From assembly GCF_006345805.1 (NCBI RefSeq), contig NW_021832849.1:32880-96879 (forward strand): DNA of 64,000 nt, written 5' to 3'. Position numbers and translations under genes: made by a program. Below, in pieces: positions 39,884-53,705 of the stretch. The notes under the pieces are model-generated. The model made no database searches and had not been told where the DNA came from. It saw nothing but the letters and a program-made list of their open reading frames with translations. Position 1 is the stretch's first letter; every line of letters begins with the position of its first letter. The DNA is from Octopus sinensis. Taxonomy: Eukaryota.

Positions 39884-40877
39884 ACCATGTTAAAATTTTT
39901 ATGGTGTCAACAACACAGTTCTTGCTGGTAAGAATACAGTTTTTAAAATGTCGAGAGGAATTCAAAGGATTGTATTAATACCGAACTAGAATGCCTATCT
40001 TGTCTACAACAGATTTGGGTTCGACTTTTTCTATCCGCAGTGGGACTGATCCCAGAGCCATGTGGTTGTAAAAAGCACATCTATATGTGTGTTTGTGTAT
40101 GTGTGTGTGTGTGTGTGCGTGTGTGTGTGCGTGTGTGTGTGTGCGTGTGTGTGTATGTATTTCAACATACCCACAAACGCACTAATCATTGTGCTAATAA
40201 TTTTAAGTAGTATAACCAGATTTCAGATAACCCTTGTCAGTTATACATTGTGTATATACTTTTTAATACACAGCTTTCAGTGTTTAGTTTTCTGATAAAC
40301 TGGAATTTATGCCTCTTAGAAGTTTTATATCTATCTGACCATTCATATATATAACTGACCATTCATATATATAACTGACCATTCAATTATCTATCTGACC
40401 GAAAGATCTGGAAACGCTGCGTCTGGGAGTCTGACAGAGGGAAAAATTGGGCAGATATGATATTTTTACACATTTTAATATAAGAAAGAACATTTTGTCT
40501 GCGGTCACTGAAGTGAATTTGCTTTTAAAAGTTGGAATATGATACAAACATATTCTAACACACTTAAAGTTCACTTATGCCTAAACACTGCTTGGTGCTG
40601 ATATTGCTGAATTTCTCTCGACCTGGCGACCTAATAGCCCCGTTCAGTCAGTGTGATTGTGTTCTAGATAAAACTATAGATTTAAATCTGCCCAGAGTTA
40701 CCTCTCTTCGGTCTTTCCCATTGATAACATCTAAATGGTTAGAAACGCTGCCTCTGGGAACATTTTTTACCATAAGAGGGAATTTTTTCTTCACAGTAAC
40801 TGCAGTGAATTTGTTTCAGAAGTTGAAATATGCAACAAATATATTTCAGATAATCTAAAATTCGTTATATATGTATT

Positions 40878-40908
<31 letters not shown>

Positions 40909-40988
40909 TGTATGTATGTATGTATGATGTATGTATGTATGTATGTTGTATGTATGTATGTATGTATGTATGTATGTATGTATGTATG

Positions 40989-41030
<42 letters not shown>

Positions 41031-41031
41031 A

Positions 41032-41076
<45 letters not shown>

Positions 41077-41375
41077 TATACAAACACACAATATAAATAC
41101 TTATTGCTGTCCAACGACCTAACTGTATTCTTTTGTGAACACCTATGACCTGAAGATGACACACCTAAAAATATACATCTAATTACAAAGCTCAACATGC
41201 AAGAATAAATTCTAACAATTAGCACTTCCCCAAATTTAATCAATAAAAATTCTCCATAACACCTTGCCATCAGAATCTACTATACAACCTAATCATCATT
41301 CAACAGAACTCAGCTTACATTAAACAATTCCAACTTAACAAAGGCTTTATAAGACAAGGTGAGCTTAAGTGAATT

Positions 41376-41420
41376 ATAGTCCAATGATGGCTTATCTGGC
41401 CGAAACTTCGAAGTCACTAT
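41376..41420 (+). ncRNA. Minimal type I hammerhead ribozyme relic (two core substitutions)
   Basis: Stem I ATAGT/ACTAT; core CCAATGA(T); stem II GGC/GCC; GAAAC; palindromic stem III ACTTCGAAGT; GTC triplet. Confidence 0.7.
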
Positions 41421-41529
41421 CAATACTATCCTTGTTAAAAAATAATAAATTTGTATGGTACCAAACGAATTAGGTAATCCTTCAATCTAATATAAACCTA
41501 TTTTTATTATAGCTTAAAATCAAACATTA

Positions 41530-41563
<34 letters not shown>

Positions 41564-41583
41564 GCATATGTATATATATGTAT

Positions 41584-41622
<39 letters not shown>

Positions 41623-42369
41623 CATATATATAGATATAAATCATGCATACACACACACACACATAAACATACATACACATATCGGCGCATATATGAATGT
41701 GAATTTACACATACATGCACATACACATTACATATGCATAAATACACACATATGCATATACATACACACTGATGTACATGCACGCTCACGCACGAACACA
41801 CACATACGCGTGCGGGCGCGTGTTTAATAAACCTAAACCTGCAAAGATCAGTGTTACAATTAGTGTAGTTTCATCTTTGGAATTATGAGATTGCAATGGG
41901 AGACTTTTAATAAAATATGGCAAATATAATGTTAGCCAGGAATTGAGAAGGAGAAGAAAGAGAGAAATACAGGGGGGGGGGGAGAAAAGATAGGAGAGAG
42001 TGGGTAGGGAGGGAAAGTGTAGAGAGGTATCTACTCCCTTTTTTCTTCCTTCTCTTCCTCCTCTTCCTCAACCTAAACTAATATTTAATATGCAATATTT
42101 TCCCCCCAAAAAGTTACTCATTACCATTTGATAATTCCAAGATTAGCGCTATCGTAATTATAATCTTGCATCTTTTTAGCAGCTTAATATATACATACAT
42201 AAACACACAAATTTGTTCACACACACACAAACATATATGTATATATAGATGCATAAATACACACACACACATGCATATGCTTAATTATACACTGTTAATA
42301 ATTAGTCTTGTCCGACTTCTGTCCAGTTTCAGTACAGAGGATGATTTGAAGTGAAACAGCTACAATATT

Positions 42370-43045
42370 CAACAACAACAACAACAACAACAACAACGAA
42401 AGCAGTAGCAGCAGCAGTAGCAGCAGCAGTAGAGAGCATCATCAGTGATCAGCCAACAGCGTCTCCTCGTTGTTGTCATAATTACTAATTATCCAATGAG
42501 ATACATGATGCATGTGTGATGCTGGAATAACGCACAGCTAATTAAAATTGTAAAGTTGGTTGTTTAGTGGAGTGGATCTGCTGGATTGGCTGTCATCCAT
42601 AGAATTCATCAACACCAAAACCACCACCACCACCACCACCACCACCACCACTACCACCTACACAGACACCACTGTCGCCAGCACGACACCCACCAGCATA
42701 ATCGCCCCAACGTCCGTTCACCACCACGACGACGACGACCACCACCACGACCACCACGACCACCGCCACCACCGTCACCGTCACTGCTACCACCACCACC
42801 ACCACCACCACCACCACCGTCACCGTCACCGCCGCCGCTGCCACCACTACCACTACCACTACCACCACCACCACCGCCACCACCACCACCACCACACCAC
42901 TGCCGCCGCCTTCGCCTTCGCCTTCGCCTTCGCCTTCGCCTTCGCCGCCGCTACCACCACCACCACCACCACCGAAACCACACCACTGCCGCCGCCGCTA
43001 CCACCACCACCACCACACCACCACCACCACCACCACCAGCAGCCA
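42370..43045. repeat. Compound trinucleotide and hexanucleotide repeats (CAA,CAG,ACC,GAC,GCC,GCCTTC)
   Basis: Direct reading; source of the poly-H/P/T ORFs. Confidence 0.9.
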
Positions 43046-43478
43046 TGAAAATGAAATATTGAAACATTAATTTAATTACAAGCCAAATAAAACTAATGAG
43101 ATTTATACAACAGTTGTGACGTCATTGGGTTGTTGGTTTACATGGGTTCTCGTCGTAGTGTACCTTCAGGCTACTTCCATGCATTCTGGTACCGAGAGTA
43201 ACTCCTTACTTGCAACACTCAACCCATATACAATACATACTCCCATGTACCCCTCCTCACCACACTCACAGCCACATACACGTATGTATGAAAGTATGCA
43301 TGAATGTATGTATATGCATAAATAAATATATGTATAAATGCTTGTATGCATGAATTGTATGTGTGTATATATACACACACACATATACGTATATATGCTT
43401 ATGGAACTTAAAAAGTTTACATGGCTATATATATATATATATATATATATAAGTTAAAAAGTTATGTATGTACATGCA

Positions 43479-43510
<32 letters not shown>

Positions 43511-43711
43511 GATGTGTATGTATATATACATATATATATATAACTAAAATTATGTATTGCTATGTGAATGGACGCAAACATTTTCCATACAATATGTAGG
43601 TGTTGATATAGTCAAATGTTGAAGAAATTTGCTTCACAAATATGTTGCGCTGGCTTCATTTTCACAAGAAGCGCTTTGAGCAAGCAAATCATTATACGTC
43701 TCACCATCAAA

Positions 43712-43946
43712 GGCGGCGAGCTGGCAGAACCGTTAGCACGCCGGGCGAAATGCGTAGCCGTATTTCGTCTGCCGTTACGTTCTGAGTTCAAATTCCGCCG
43801 AGATCGACTTTGCCTTTCATCCTTTCGGGGTCGATAAATTAAGTACCAGTTACGCACTGGGGTCGATGTAATCGACTTAATCCGTTTGTCTGTCCTTGTT
43901 TGTCCCCTCTATGTTTAGCCCCTTGTGGGTAATAAAGAAACATATG
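43712..43946 (+). mobile_element. SINE-A reference copy, full-length, Tx1-type tail, with TSD
   Basis: Head GGCGGCGAGCTGGCAGAA..GTTAG, B-box GAGTTCAAATTCC, tail ..AATAAAGAAA; TSD CGTCTCACCATCAAA at 43697-43711 and 43947-43961. Confidence 0.93.
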
Positions 43947-44149
43947 CGTCTCACCATCAAAAAGTGTCGAAGGAGTAGAAGTGATGTTTGGAAATAGCAA
44001 AAAAAAAAGAACACTCAATTGAAAACCCCCAGGCGAGAGCTAAAAGCTGTCGGTAAGAAACTCCGCCATCAGAGGAGAATGATCGGAAGGAAAACAATTA
44101 AAGCAGTATATATCATAGAAGCTTCTTCACGGAAAGACAGATTCCTTCC

Positions 44150-44720
44150 GGAGAAAAATATGGAGTTAAGGGAAGGAGTTTAACCGAGATGCACTGTGAC
44201 TGGAAGAAATTCTAAGTAATTATTGTCCCTGCATTACACCCAAAACATACAATATCAATAGAGATACTCTTGTGAATGTCATCTGAAAACATCAGGATGG
44301 AAAAGCATCTAGATGAGACTTGATTGCCGGGTACTGATATAAGAAGCTAACCTTCTACCGACCGTATCTTATCAACCTGTATCAGCAAGTGCTAGCATAC
44401 CACACGGGTTAGACAAAACCAGCCAATTGCAAACCAGAACACGGTGTATAAAATATATACCGCATGTTTAAACGTCTTCCTCCAAGACCATTGTGAAAAT
44501 AATAACATCATCACAGCAGAACAGGGGATGTGCCGAACAACTGTTGATAAATGAAGCTATCAGAGTTGCGGGAACACAGGAAAGCCTTTGATTCTGTCCT
44601 CCACTCATAAATGTTAGAAGCCCTTTGACTTGCTAAAGTTCATAGTAAACATTGAGTTGATTCGAAGATTACTGATTCAATCCATCACTGGAACTAAAAA
44701 TCTATAAAACTTTCCAGACG
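44150..44720 (+). pseudogene. Heavily decayed RLE-type (R4-like) reverse transcriptase remnant
   Basis: HCENNNIITAEQG, EQLLINEAI, KAFDSVLHS read by hand. Confidence 0.5.
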
Positions 44721-44833
44721 TTTATCATTTAAGTATATATGAGCATGTCTAGATATGCAACTATACGCATGAGAATACATACATAAGAAAAAAACCTACA
44801 AATCTGCACACATATATGCATATAAATCTGCAC

Positions 44834-44866
<33 letters not shown>

Positions 44867-45804
44867 TACATACATACATACATACAAACATACAAACATA
44901 CATACATACATACATACATACATACATGCATACATGCATGCATACATACATACATACATACATACATGCATACATACATACATACATGCATGCATACATG
45001 CACACATACATAAATAAAACTGAACAATGACATACATGCAGCTAACATGCACATACAAATACAACCTGTAAGCGGAACTGTGAAAATATGCAAGACTTTT
45101 CTCATGTTCACTTTGGGACGTTTTGTTATTTACATTCCAGCGTTGGTGCTTTGTATCTCTTAGAAAGCAGCCCCTTCCTTCAAGGAAGATTTCAAATAAT
45201 TAAGAACAAGAGAACATACATGCATACATACGTAAATACATATAAACATGTTGGCCATCAATTAATTAAGCAGTATTTAATTATCTTCGTTAAGTTAGTT
45301 GAAGAATTGGGAGATTACAAGGATTTGAGGTTAAAGCGTTAATAAGCTTTCGTTTGATCGCCCCAAGTCCTAAAGAGGTGGTTCGTAGATAGATGTTGTA
45401 TTTCGTTGTTGCGATAGTTATTATTATTTGTTGTTCAGCCTTCAGCCACAAATCAATCTTGATTGAACAGACTTGTGATCAAAAGCACTGAAGCTCTTTT
45501 ATTCATACGTAACGTATCTAGGATTACAATAAGCAATATATCCTTTCAGTTTTAGACAATAGAGCGTGATTTGATGCAGTTGTAGCTGCTATTTCTAGAA
45601 GGTGGGACAACCGCGCAGAGGCGCCTTTTAAGAAATAACCGCAACCCCAACCCTATCCCTAATATTCTTGAGAACCCCTGTCTAAGAGGAAGAGACTCAA
45701 TCAGTTAGATTTTCTCTAGATACGTGACATGGGCACAGAAATCTCCTATGATGCCCCAATCACTCAATGACTTATGGCACGCCAATCAATTTCCTGATTG
45801 TATG

Positions 45805-46800
45805 GTAGCGAGTTGGTGGAATTGTTAGCGCGTCGGACAAAATGTCCAGTGACATATCTTCCTGGCTCTGAGTTCAAATCCCACCGAGATCAACTTTAAT
45901 TTTCATCCCTTTCGAAGTTTATGAAATAAAGTACCAGTCAAATACTGGAGTCGATGTTGTCGACTTGTTCTCTCCCATCAAAAATTGCTGGCTTTGAAAC
46001 TGGTTTTGATTCCCGGTTCAAGAGCAATGTTGCGATCTCGGTCATTTATTCTCCATAGAAAGCGGATAACCGATCTTATGAATTCTAAGGCTCAGGGGGA
46101 AAAAAAAAAGATGAATGGGTTTATATGTCTTCGTATAATCTTGTATGTATGTTCGCCAAGATGTGTATGTGAGTGTATTACGTCGTTCTGCATGCTTGTA
46201 TGCATTTGTATTTATATGTATGTGTGTATGTTTTTTGTGTATTCTTGCATGAAAGTGTATGAAAATGAATGTATGTGCGTAATATGTGTGTATGTTAGTA
46301 TACACGTGTTCATGAATGAGCTTAGTACTGATCTGCCCTTCCTCTTGTGGTGTTAATATTTATGAAAGGCGCTGAGCTGGGATAATCGTTAGCGCGCCGG
46401 GCGAAATTTTGAGCAGTTTTTCGCCTGTCTTTATGTTCTGAGTTCAAATGCTGTCGAGGTAGGTTGACTTTGTCTTTCATATTTTCGGGGTCGATAAAGA
46501 AAGTACCAGTTAAGCGCTGTGGCCAATGTAATCGATTTACTCTCCCCCACCTCAAATTACTGGCATTGTGCCAAAATTTGAAACCAGATGTAAAGGCGGC
46601 GAACTGGCAGAATGGTTACCATACCGGACCAAATGTTTAGCGGCATTTCGTCTGTTTTTACATTCTAAATTCAAATTCCATCAAAGTCCACTTCCACTTT
46701 CATCCTTTCGGGGTCGATGAAATAAGTACCTGTTGAGCACTGGGATGTATTCGACTAACCCACTCACCCGAAATTGCTGACGTCGTGCCAGAATTAGGAA
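45805..46800 (+). mobile_element. Three SINE-A copies (45805-46010, 46367-46590, 46592-46800) with non-Tx1 tails
   Basis: Head, B-box and central domain present; tails such as CTGGCATTGTGCCAAAATTTGAAACC. Confidence 0.82.
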
Positions 46801-46917
46801 CGAATATTTATGTGTATGTATGTATGCACATACATGTATGTATATGTATATTAGTATATGCATGTGTATATGTATGCACATTTCAATGCTTGTGTATGTA
46901 TGTATGCATGTATATAT

Positions 46918-47144
46918 ATTTCTTTATTGCCCACAAGGGGTTAAACATAGAGGGGACAAACAAGGTCAGACAAAGGGATTAAATCGATTACATCGATTCC
47001 AGTGTGTAACTGGTACTTTATTTATCGACCCCGAAAGGATGAAAGGCAAAGTCGACCTCGGCGGAATTTGAACTCAGAACGTAGCGGCAGGCGAAATACC
47101 TCTAAGCATTTCGCCTGGCGCGCTAACGTTTCTGCCAGCTCGCC
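46918..47144 (-). mobile_element. SINE-A, Tx1-type tail, 12-bp TSD
   Basis: TSD GCATGTATATAT at 46906-46917 and 47145-47156. Confidence 0.9.
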
Positions 47145-48099
47145 GCATGTATATATGCATGTCTGTATGTATGCATACATGTACGCATGTATGTATGTAT
47201 GTATGCAGGTATGTATGTATGTATGTATGTATGTATGTATGTATGTATGTATATGGTCTGCGCGTGTGTTTGTAATTTGTATGCGTGTATTTACGGTGCG
47301 TGCGTATTTAGATGTATGTTTAGGTATATGCATGAATGTGTAAGTATATGCGCAAATATGTATGTGTACATGTATGACTAATGTGCATGTATTCATGCAT
47401 ATAGTGTCTTTGTGTGTGTGTGTGTGTGTATGTGTGTATGTATGTGTGTGTGTGTATTATTAAATCCAATTGTTGCCTGCAAAAATCTAATTAAATGAAA
47501 GCTTACTCTGATCCTTTCCATGAAATATGACCAAAAGTCATTAACATAAGTAGCTAATTGCCACGCAAATGCAATTAGTAGCCTCAGGTAATTTGTCTAT
47601 TCTAATTTATTCTAGTTTTAATTCTTTTATGCAGGGTTACACCACCACCACCGCCACCACCACCGCCACCAACGCCGCCGCTTCCGTCGCCGCAAACACA
47701 ACCACCACCACCACCGCGTCGTCGTCGCCGCCGCCGCCGCCGAAGTTAAAATGATAGATTTGTGCACTGACCATTTGAAAGCCATCCTGTCACACAAAGT
47801 TAATTAAAAATTTTTTGCTGACCCATTCTCCCTTGTTGCAGGATAGGTACCATGCAGAGGCAACAAATTCAGTTTACTGTTGTTATTGATACAAGACGGC
47901 AACAGCGATGTAACGAACATCTGCTAGAAATAACAGAGAATAATATCCTCAAATCACATCCATCCATGCATCGTCCCATCCCACTTCTGTGTTCACTATT
48001 CCTGGGACGATCGTTGGAATAAAGTCTTCAGGCACCTCCTCCATAGGGGCCTATCAGAAACTAGCGTCATTAGACTTTGCTGCTGCATTCCCAATCATA

Positions 48100-48910
48100 A
48101 CCAGCAGAGACAATGGATATTATCCAACCAACTCACTGTTTGAAAAGAATTGTGGAAAACGAACTCAGTTCGAAGGCTTCTGACGCTGCAAAACATCTCG
48201 AAGTTAGTCCAAGAACGTGTGTTATATGTCTGCATAAGCTTGGGTATTATGGACGAGCAGCTGGAAGAAAGCCTCTCCTTCAACCAATTAATGTCATGAA
48301 AAGAAAGAAATGGGTTAAGGAGATGTCAGAAAAATCCAGTTCATTTTGGGATAGAGTGATTTCCTCAGATGAATCCAGAGCTTATTTTCAGACAGTGGAC
48401 GTGTCTGGGTCTGGAGGCTTCCCAATCAAGAATTTGATTTGAAACGACTCTAACCAACCATGAAACATGGCAGTATCTCTGTAATGGTATGGGGAGCTGT
48501 CACCAGCAATGGTCGTTTTGAGCTGATTGAATGTGTTGGAACCATAAACTCTGAAAAATACATCGAATTACTTAAGCAAGGACTACTTTCGATGTATTCA
48601 CGCAATGACATAACGAAAAATGAGTTTTTATTCATGGAAGATGGAATCAACAATGGCTGACTGAAAATAGGATCACAAGACTTCCTCGGCCGAGCCAATC
48701 TCCTGACAAGAACCCAACTGAAAATCTTTGGAGCATACTAGATAGAGCTAAACGAAAAACTCGACAGAAACCTAAATCTAAAGATATTTCGATTGTTGCG
48801 TGAAAAGTGGGCAGAAATTTCACAAGAGACAATCACTAAGCTCATCAGTTCAAAGCCAAAAAGAGTTTCTGAATTAAAAACTGCAAAGGGAATGTCAACT
48901 AATTACTAAA
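48100..48910 (+). pseudogene. Tc1-family (DD34E) transposase pseudogene
   Basis: GYYGRAAGRKPLL, WDRVISSDESR, VMVWGAV, FLFMEDG, PSQSPDKNPTENLWSIL; frameshifted. Confidence 0.85.
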
Positions 48911-49052
48911 GTATGGAGTCCTACCTATCGATTACATTTCAATTGATCGCTGTGCGTATTAAATAAAAGATTTTGAAAATTAAAGGTGTCTATTTACTTC
49001 CTGCATGTCTGTGTATATATATGTGCGCATATACATACGTATGTATATATAT

Positions 49053-49084
<32 letters not shown>

Positions 49085-49722
49085 CATTTGGGCACAGACG
49101 TCACGAACCGTGTACAACAAAAAATACGAAGTATGAGTACATGGAATATGAACTATTTTTTCGAACAACGAAAGACACAAATGGAAAACAAGACAAACAA
49201 CATAAAGAACGACACTTTATCAGTTGGCTGTTTTTCTACTCTCGTATTTCGAGCATTTAACAACAATATACGCTTTCGATAAAACAGTTGCTTCCGCAAA
49301 GCAAATTGAATAAAATTTGGGATTTTTCGGAGGGTCAAAATTGGTAACACAAATAGGACAGTGAAAACAAACAGGAAGGGCCGCTAAGCCTAAACGAGGT
49401 CGAGGTAGCGAACGCGTAAATTAAACTTGGACAGGAGACAGACATAAACGCGCCTTCCTTGTTCCAGCTACAACGGAGGGAAAGAAAGAAAGAAACAAAA
49501 GTTAGGAGAAGAAAGAAATATGGCCGATGGTCACGTGGGAGCCACGTGAGAAAAGGAGGAGGAGTGAGGGAGAGAGAGTGACAGAGTAATAGGATAGAAG
49601 AGTGGAGGAAGAGGAGGTAAAAGAATAAGAGAGAGAAAGAGTGGTAAAAACCTAGTATTTTGGGGGAACTAAATTCCCTTAAAACAATAGGTGCATATAA
49701 AGCATAAAGTTTATAATCATTT

Positions 49723-50143
49723 AAAAGAAGAAAAGAAAAGAAATGGAGATAAGGAAGTTAATAATTGTTTATTATTAACAAATTGATCATCTTCGCTTCT
49801 TACAGCCGTTTTAATTAATACTCAATAATTTAATTGCAAATTTGTACCTTAAATTTACATTTATGTGAGATGAGTATAATTTCATCAGAGGAAAAAAGAT
49901 GTACCTTTGGATGTACCTTTCAGCAGACACTACTGAAATGAATTGTTAAACGCACATATAACATCAGAAGGTACATCTTTTTAACTCTGATGAAATTATA
50001 CTTATGTCACATAAATGTAAATTTAATATACAAATTTGTAATTAAATTATTTGTAATTAAAACGGCCTTAAAAGCGAAAATGACCAATTTGTTAATAAAC
50101 AATTATTAACTTCCTTATCTCCATTTTCTTTTCTTTTCTTCTT

Positions 50144-50146
<3 letters not shown>
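49723..50146. mobile_element. Fold-back/MITE-like imperfect palindrome (~185-bp arms, ~55-bp loop)
   Basis: AAGAAAAGAAATGGAGATAAGGAAGTTAATAATTGTTTATT mirrored by AATAAACAATTATTAACTTCCTTATCTCCATTTTCTTTTCTT; inner arms GATGTACCTT / AAGGTACATC. Confidence 0.8.
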
Positions 50147-50185
<39 letters not shown>

Positions 50186-50455
50186 ATATGTATAGATATA
50201 GATATATTAAAATTTAGCATAAATAACTGAGTGATTAAAGTTCGTTTACGGAAAACGTTTTTGAGTACACGTATAAAAGGTATTATGTATATATATATAT
50301 ATATACATATATAAAAACTTACTTGGAGAAAAGAAACGAAACGACGCGATGGCGCTCAGTCATACAATAATTTAATAAATAAAATATATGCATACATACA
50401 TACATATATGTACGTACCTACATCTACATGTATATATACATGCATATATATATGC

Positions 50456-50498
<43 letters not shown>

Positions 50499-50524
50499 AT
50501 ATATATATGCATATATATATATGC

Positions 50525-50572
<48 letters not shown>

Positions 50573-50944
50573 ACAGGACACCACAAATAAACGTAGAACA
50601 CAACGAGAAACGAAAACATAAAGTCAAACAAGGAAACAGACTTTTTTTAACAACGAAAAAACAGAGTACAAGACAAACAATGCAAGGAATATTCCCCTTC
50701 ATCAGCTGTCCCTGGATCGACTCAATGCGTGTTTCGAAGGTAAGGACAGAACACGACCCGTCGATTCAATCCTTCCTGCGAAAGAATTAAAATGCAAAGA
50801 AATACAAATATTTGTATTTCTTTTACGTCCTGTACTTGTTACATTTTTTCTTTCCTTGTTTTTACCCCTCTGCAAAGGAATTTTATTTGTATTGCTTTTA
50901 CGTCCTGTACTTGTTACATTTTTTTCTTTCCTTGTGAATAGTGT

Positions 50945-51690
50945 GGGTGGGTTAACGAGGTCATGCCGTTTTTGGTCAAAAACTGTCTGACACCCAAGGC
51001 GGCGTGCGCAGGAGCATGGTCGTGATGGAACCGTCACTCTCCACTTTGCCACAGGTCGTGGCGCTTTTGTGTTACTGCGTCTCGCAAACTTCAGAACTGC
51101 CAAGTAAAATATCTAGTTAACAGTTTGACCAGGAGGAACAAATTCTGTGTGGGGACAATTTCTTTTGCATTGATGAAACAAATCAGCATCATTTTGACAC
51201 TGGACTTCACTTGACGTGCTTTTGTGGGGTGTGGTAACATTGAAAGCTTCCATTGACTTGATTGCTGCTTCGTTTCCGAGTTGTAGCCACAGCAGTAACT
51301 TTCGTCACCAGTGATGACCTTCGAAAAAAGGTCCAGATCAACTTCCAACTGTTCTTTCAGTTCTTGACACGCATTCAGTCATGACTGCTTTTGATCTTCT
51401 GTGAGCAAGTGAGGCACAAATTTTGCTGCAACTCTTTTCATTCGCAATTCCTCGCTCAAAATTCTTTGGCAGAAGCTCCAGGACACACCAGTCATATCAA
51501 CATGTTCCTCTATTGTTCCACGATGGTCCTCTAAGATCAGTTCATGTATTTTTGTGATGTTTTCATTCGTTCGGGAGGTCGACGGTCGTCCTAAACGAGG
51601 CTGGTCTTCAAGCGACAAGCGACCATTCCTAAAGCGTGAAAACTACTCGTAAACTTGTGTATTGCTGATGGCAGCGTCCTTGTAAGCTGT
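50945..51690 (-). pseudogene. Mariner transposase remnant
   Basis: SLEDQPRLGRPSTS, KFVPHLL, ITGDESY, FHHDHAPAH. Confidence 0.85.
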
Positions 51691-51734
51691 TAGAAGAATA
51701 AGAACCGTTTCGACCGCCGAGGGTGCCACTTGAT

Positions 51735-52070
51735 ATGATCAACGGAATAGCCTGCTCGTGAAATTAACGTGCAAGTAGCCGAGCGCTCCATAGACACGTA
51801 TACCCTTGACATAGTTCTCGGGGCTATTCAGCGTGACACAGAGTGTGACGAGGCTGGCCCTTTAAAATACAGGTACAACAGAAACAGGAAGAAAGAGTGA
51901 AAGTTGTGGTGAAAGAATACAGCAGAGTTCATCACCACCCCCTACCGGAACCTGGTGGAACTTTAGGTGTTTTCGCTCAATAAACGCTCACAACGCCCGG
52001 TCTGGGAATCGAAACCGCGTTCCTATGACTGCGAGTCCGCTGCTCTAACCAATGGGCCACTGCGCCTCCA
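51735..52070 (-). mobile_element. SINE-D-related copy
   Basis: Shares 3' body with 33762-33900; tRNA-like head near 52000-52070. Confidence 0.75.
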
Positions 52071-53136
52071 CATACTCGCACACACACACACACATATGTC
52101 TGTGCTTCTGTCTAAATAAATTCACTCGTAAAACGCCTGTCTCTGTGTCTGTGTGTCCGCACTCTCACATGTATTCATATATTCTTGTACAGGCTTCAGC
52201 CTTCTGGCTTTGGTCGTGCTGGCCTGAATAATTATGTATTTCGGCATTTCTCTATAAGTTGTGTGTGTGTTTGCATATGTGATCTGCACGCAGTGTTGTG
52301 CCTCTCTAAGTTGTATTCATTTGTACATATATGTATGTAGATGTGTGTGTGTGTGTGCGTGTGTGTTTGTGCGTGCGTTGTTGTATGAGTGCATGTGTGC
52401 TTTTGTTTTCTGTGTGCGTGTGTATCTGTGCTTATGAGTTCTTTCTATGTGAATTAATTCTGTGCTTGTATCCGTACGAGTTTGTGCGTGTGTGTGTTTC
52501 TGTGCGTGATTTCTGTTTGTATGTCTGTATGCTTATGTATATGCGTGTGTGTGTGCGCGCGCGCGTTTGCTTTTGTGAATTCAATGTGTATGAGTTTTCT
52601 GAGTTCAAATTCTGTCGGAGTCGACTTTGACTCTCATCCTTTCGGAGTCGATTAAATAAGAACCAATCAATTACTAGGACCAGCGCAATAAATCCACCCC
52701 ACCCACCCCTCAAAAACTGCTGGCTCTGTGCCAAAATATGAAACCTCTGCTATACAATATTCAGTTCTGTTAGCGTACGTGTGTGAGGGCGTACGTGTGT
52801 ACGAAATACAACCAGGCATCACTCGTGACAGAGTATTGCTACGTAGTAGGTAGCATGCTTTCATCGTATCAGGACAATTATCTCGCTAGGACAATTACTG
52901 CCCTTGGTTAATTAGCCCCTCTCCAATATATTAAGAAGTTTTAAATCATCATCTGTTGGCCTTAGGAGTAAGTGTCCTTGTGTATGTGTGTGGCGGGATG
53001 TTATTGTTTATGGAAAGTAAATGTCCTAGACTTACTTTCACTAAGTGTTTTAGCTGCGTACGTGATGCTGAAGAAGATATAGAACCACTTTCGTTCCCTC
53101 TTACTCAACTGTCATTCAATATGTGTCAGGTGGCTG

Positions 53137-53176
<40 letters not shown>

Positions 53177-53179
<3 letters not shown>

Positions 53180-53376
53180 CTGGAGTAACGTGAAATAAAG
53201 TCTCTTGCTCAAGAACATAATACACAGCCCGGTCCGGGAATCGAACTCATTACCTCATTATTGTGAGCCCGACGCTATAACCACTGAGCCATGCGCATTC
53301 ACTGATAGTAACATTTTAATATACCAATAGTGGTAGGATTTAATTTAACTTTCGTACCTATCCTCACCTATGGTCA
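53177..53376. repeat. 200-bp direct repeat, copy 1 (SINE-C head plus ~80 bp of non-SINE flank)
   Basis: Matches 55713-55911 including ATTCACTGATAGTAAC..CCTCACCTATGGTCA. Confidence 0.9.
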
Positions 53377-53705
53377 GCGGACGAGTACAACATGAATGCA
53401 ACGCCTTGGTCAAGAACACAACGCACCGCCAAACAAACACTTTTGATGATTTGCCGAACACCGAAACCACTGAGTGGCGCATTCCACCGTTATGTATGTA
53501 TGTATGTATGTATGTATATATGTATGTATGTGTGTATGTATGTGTGTATGTTTATTTGCATGCATGTATGGTATATATACATGTGCATGTATTTATGTAT
53601 GATATGTATATGTGTATGTACGTAGGTGATTGTCTGTGTATGCGTATATATATATATATATAGCAATAGTAATTCTCTAAATGAGATATAGACAGTAACT
53701 GCTCC

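Noticed and set aside
40335-40870. Short local duplications (22-bp tandem at 40335-40385, diverged ~330-bp pair; also a ~75-bp pair at 50810-50935)
   Set aside because: Real but ordinary slippage or TE-internal duplications with no sign of function.
42560-43062. Poly-His/Pro/Thr ORFs as a transcription-factor exon
   Set aside because: Open in several frames because of trinucleotide repeats, with no folded domain or splice evidence.
50690-50745. Permuted (type II) hammerhead on the minus strand (GAAAC ... CTGATGA)
   Set aside because: Stems I and III could not be formed convincingly; CCTTC/GAAGG pairing would sequester the core.
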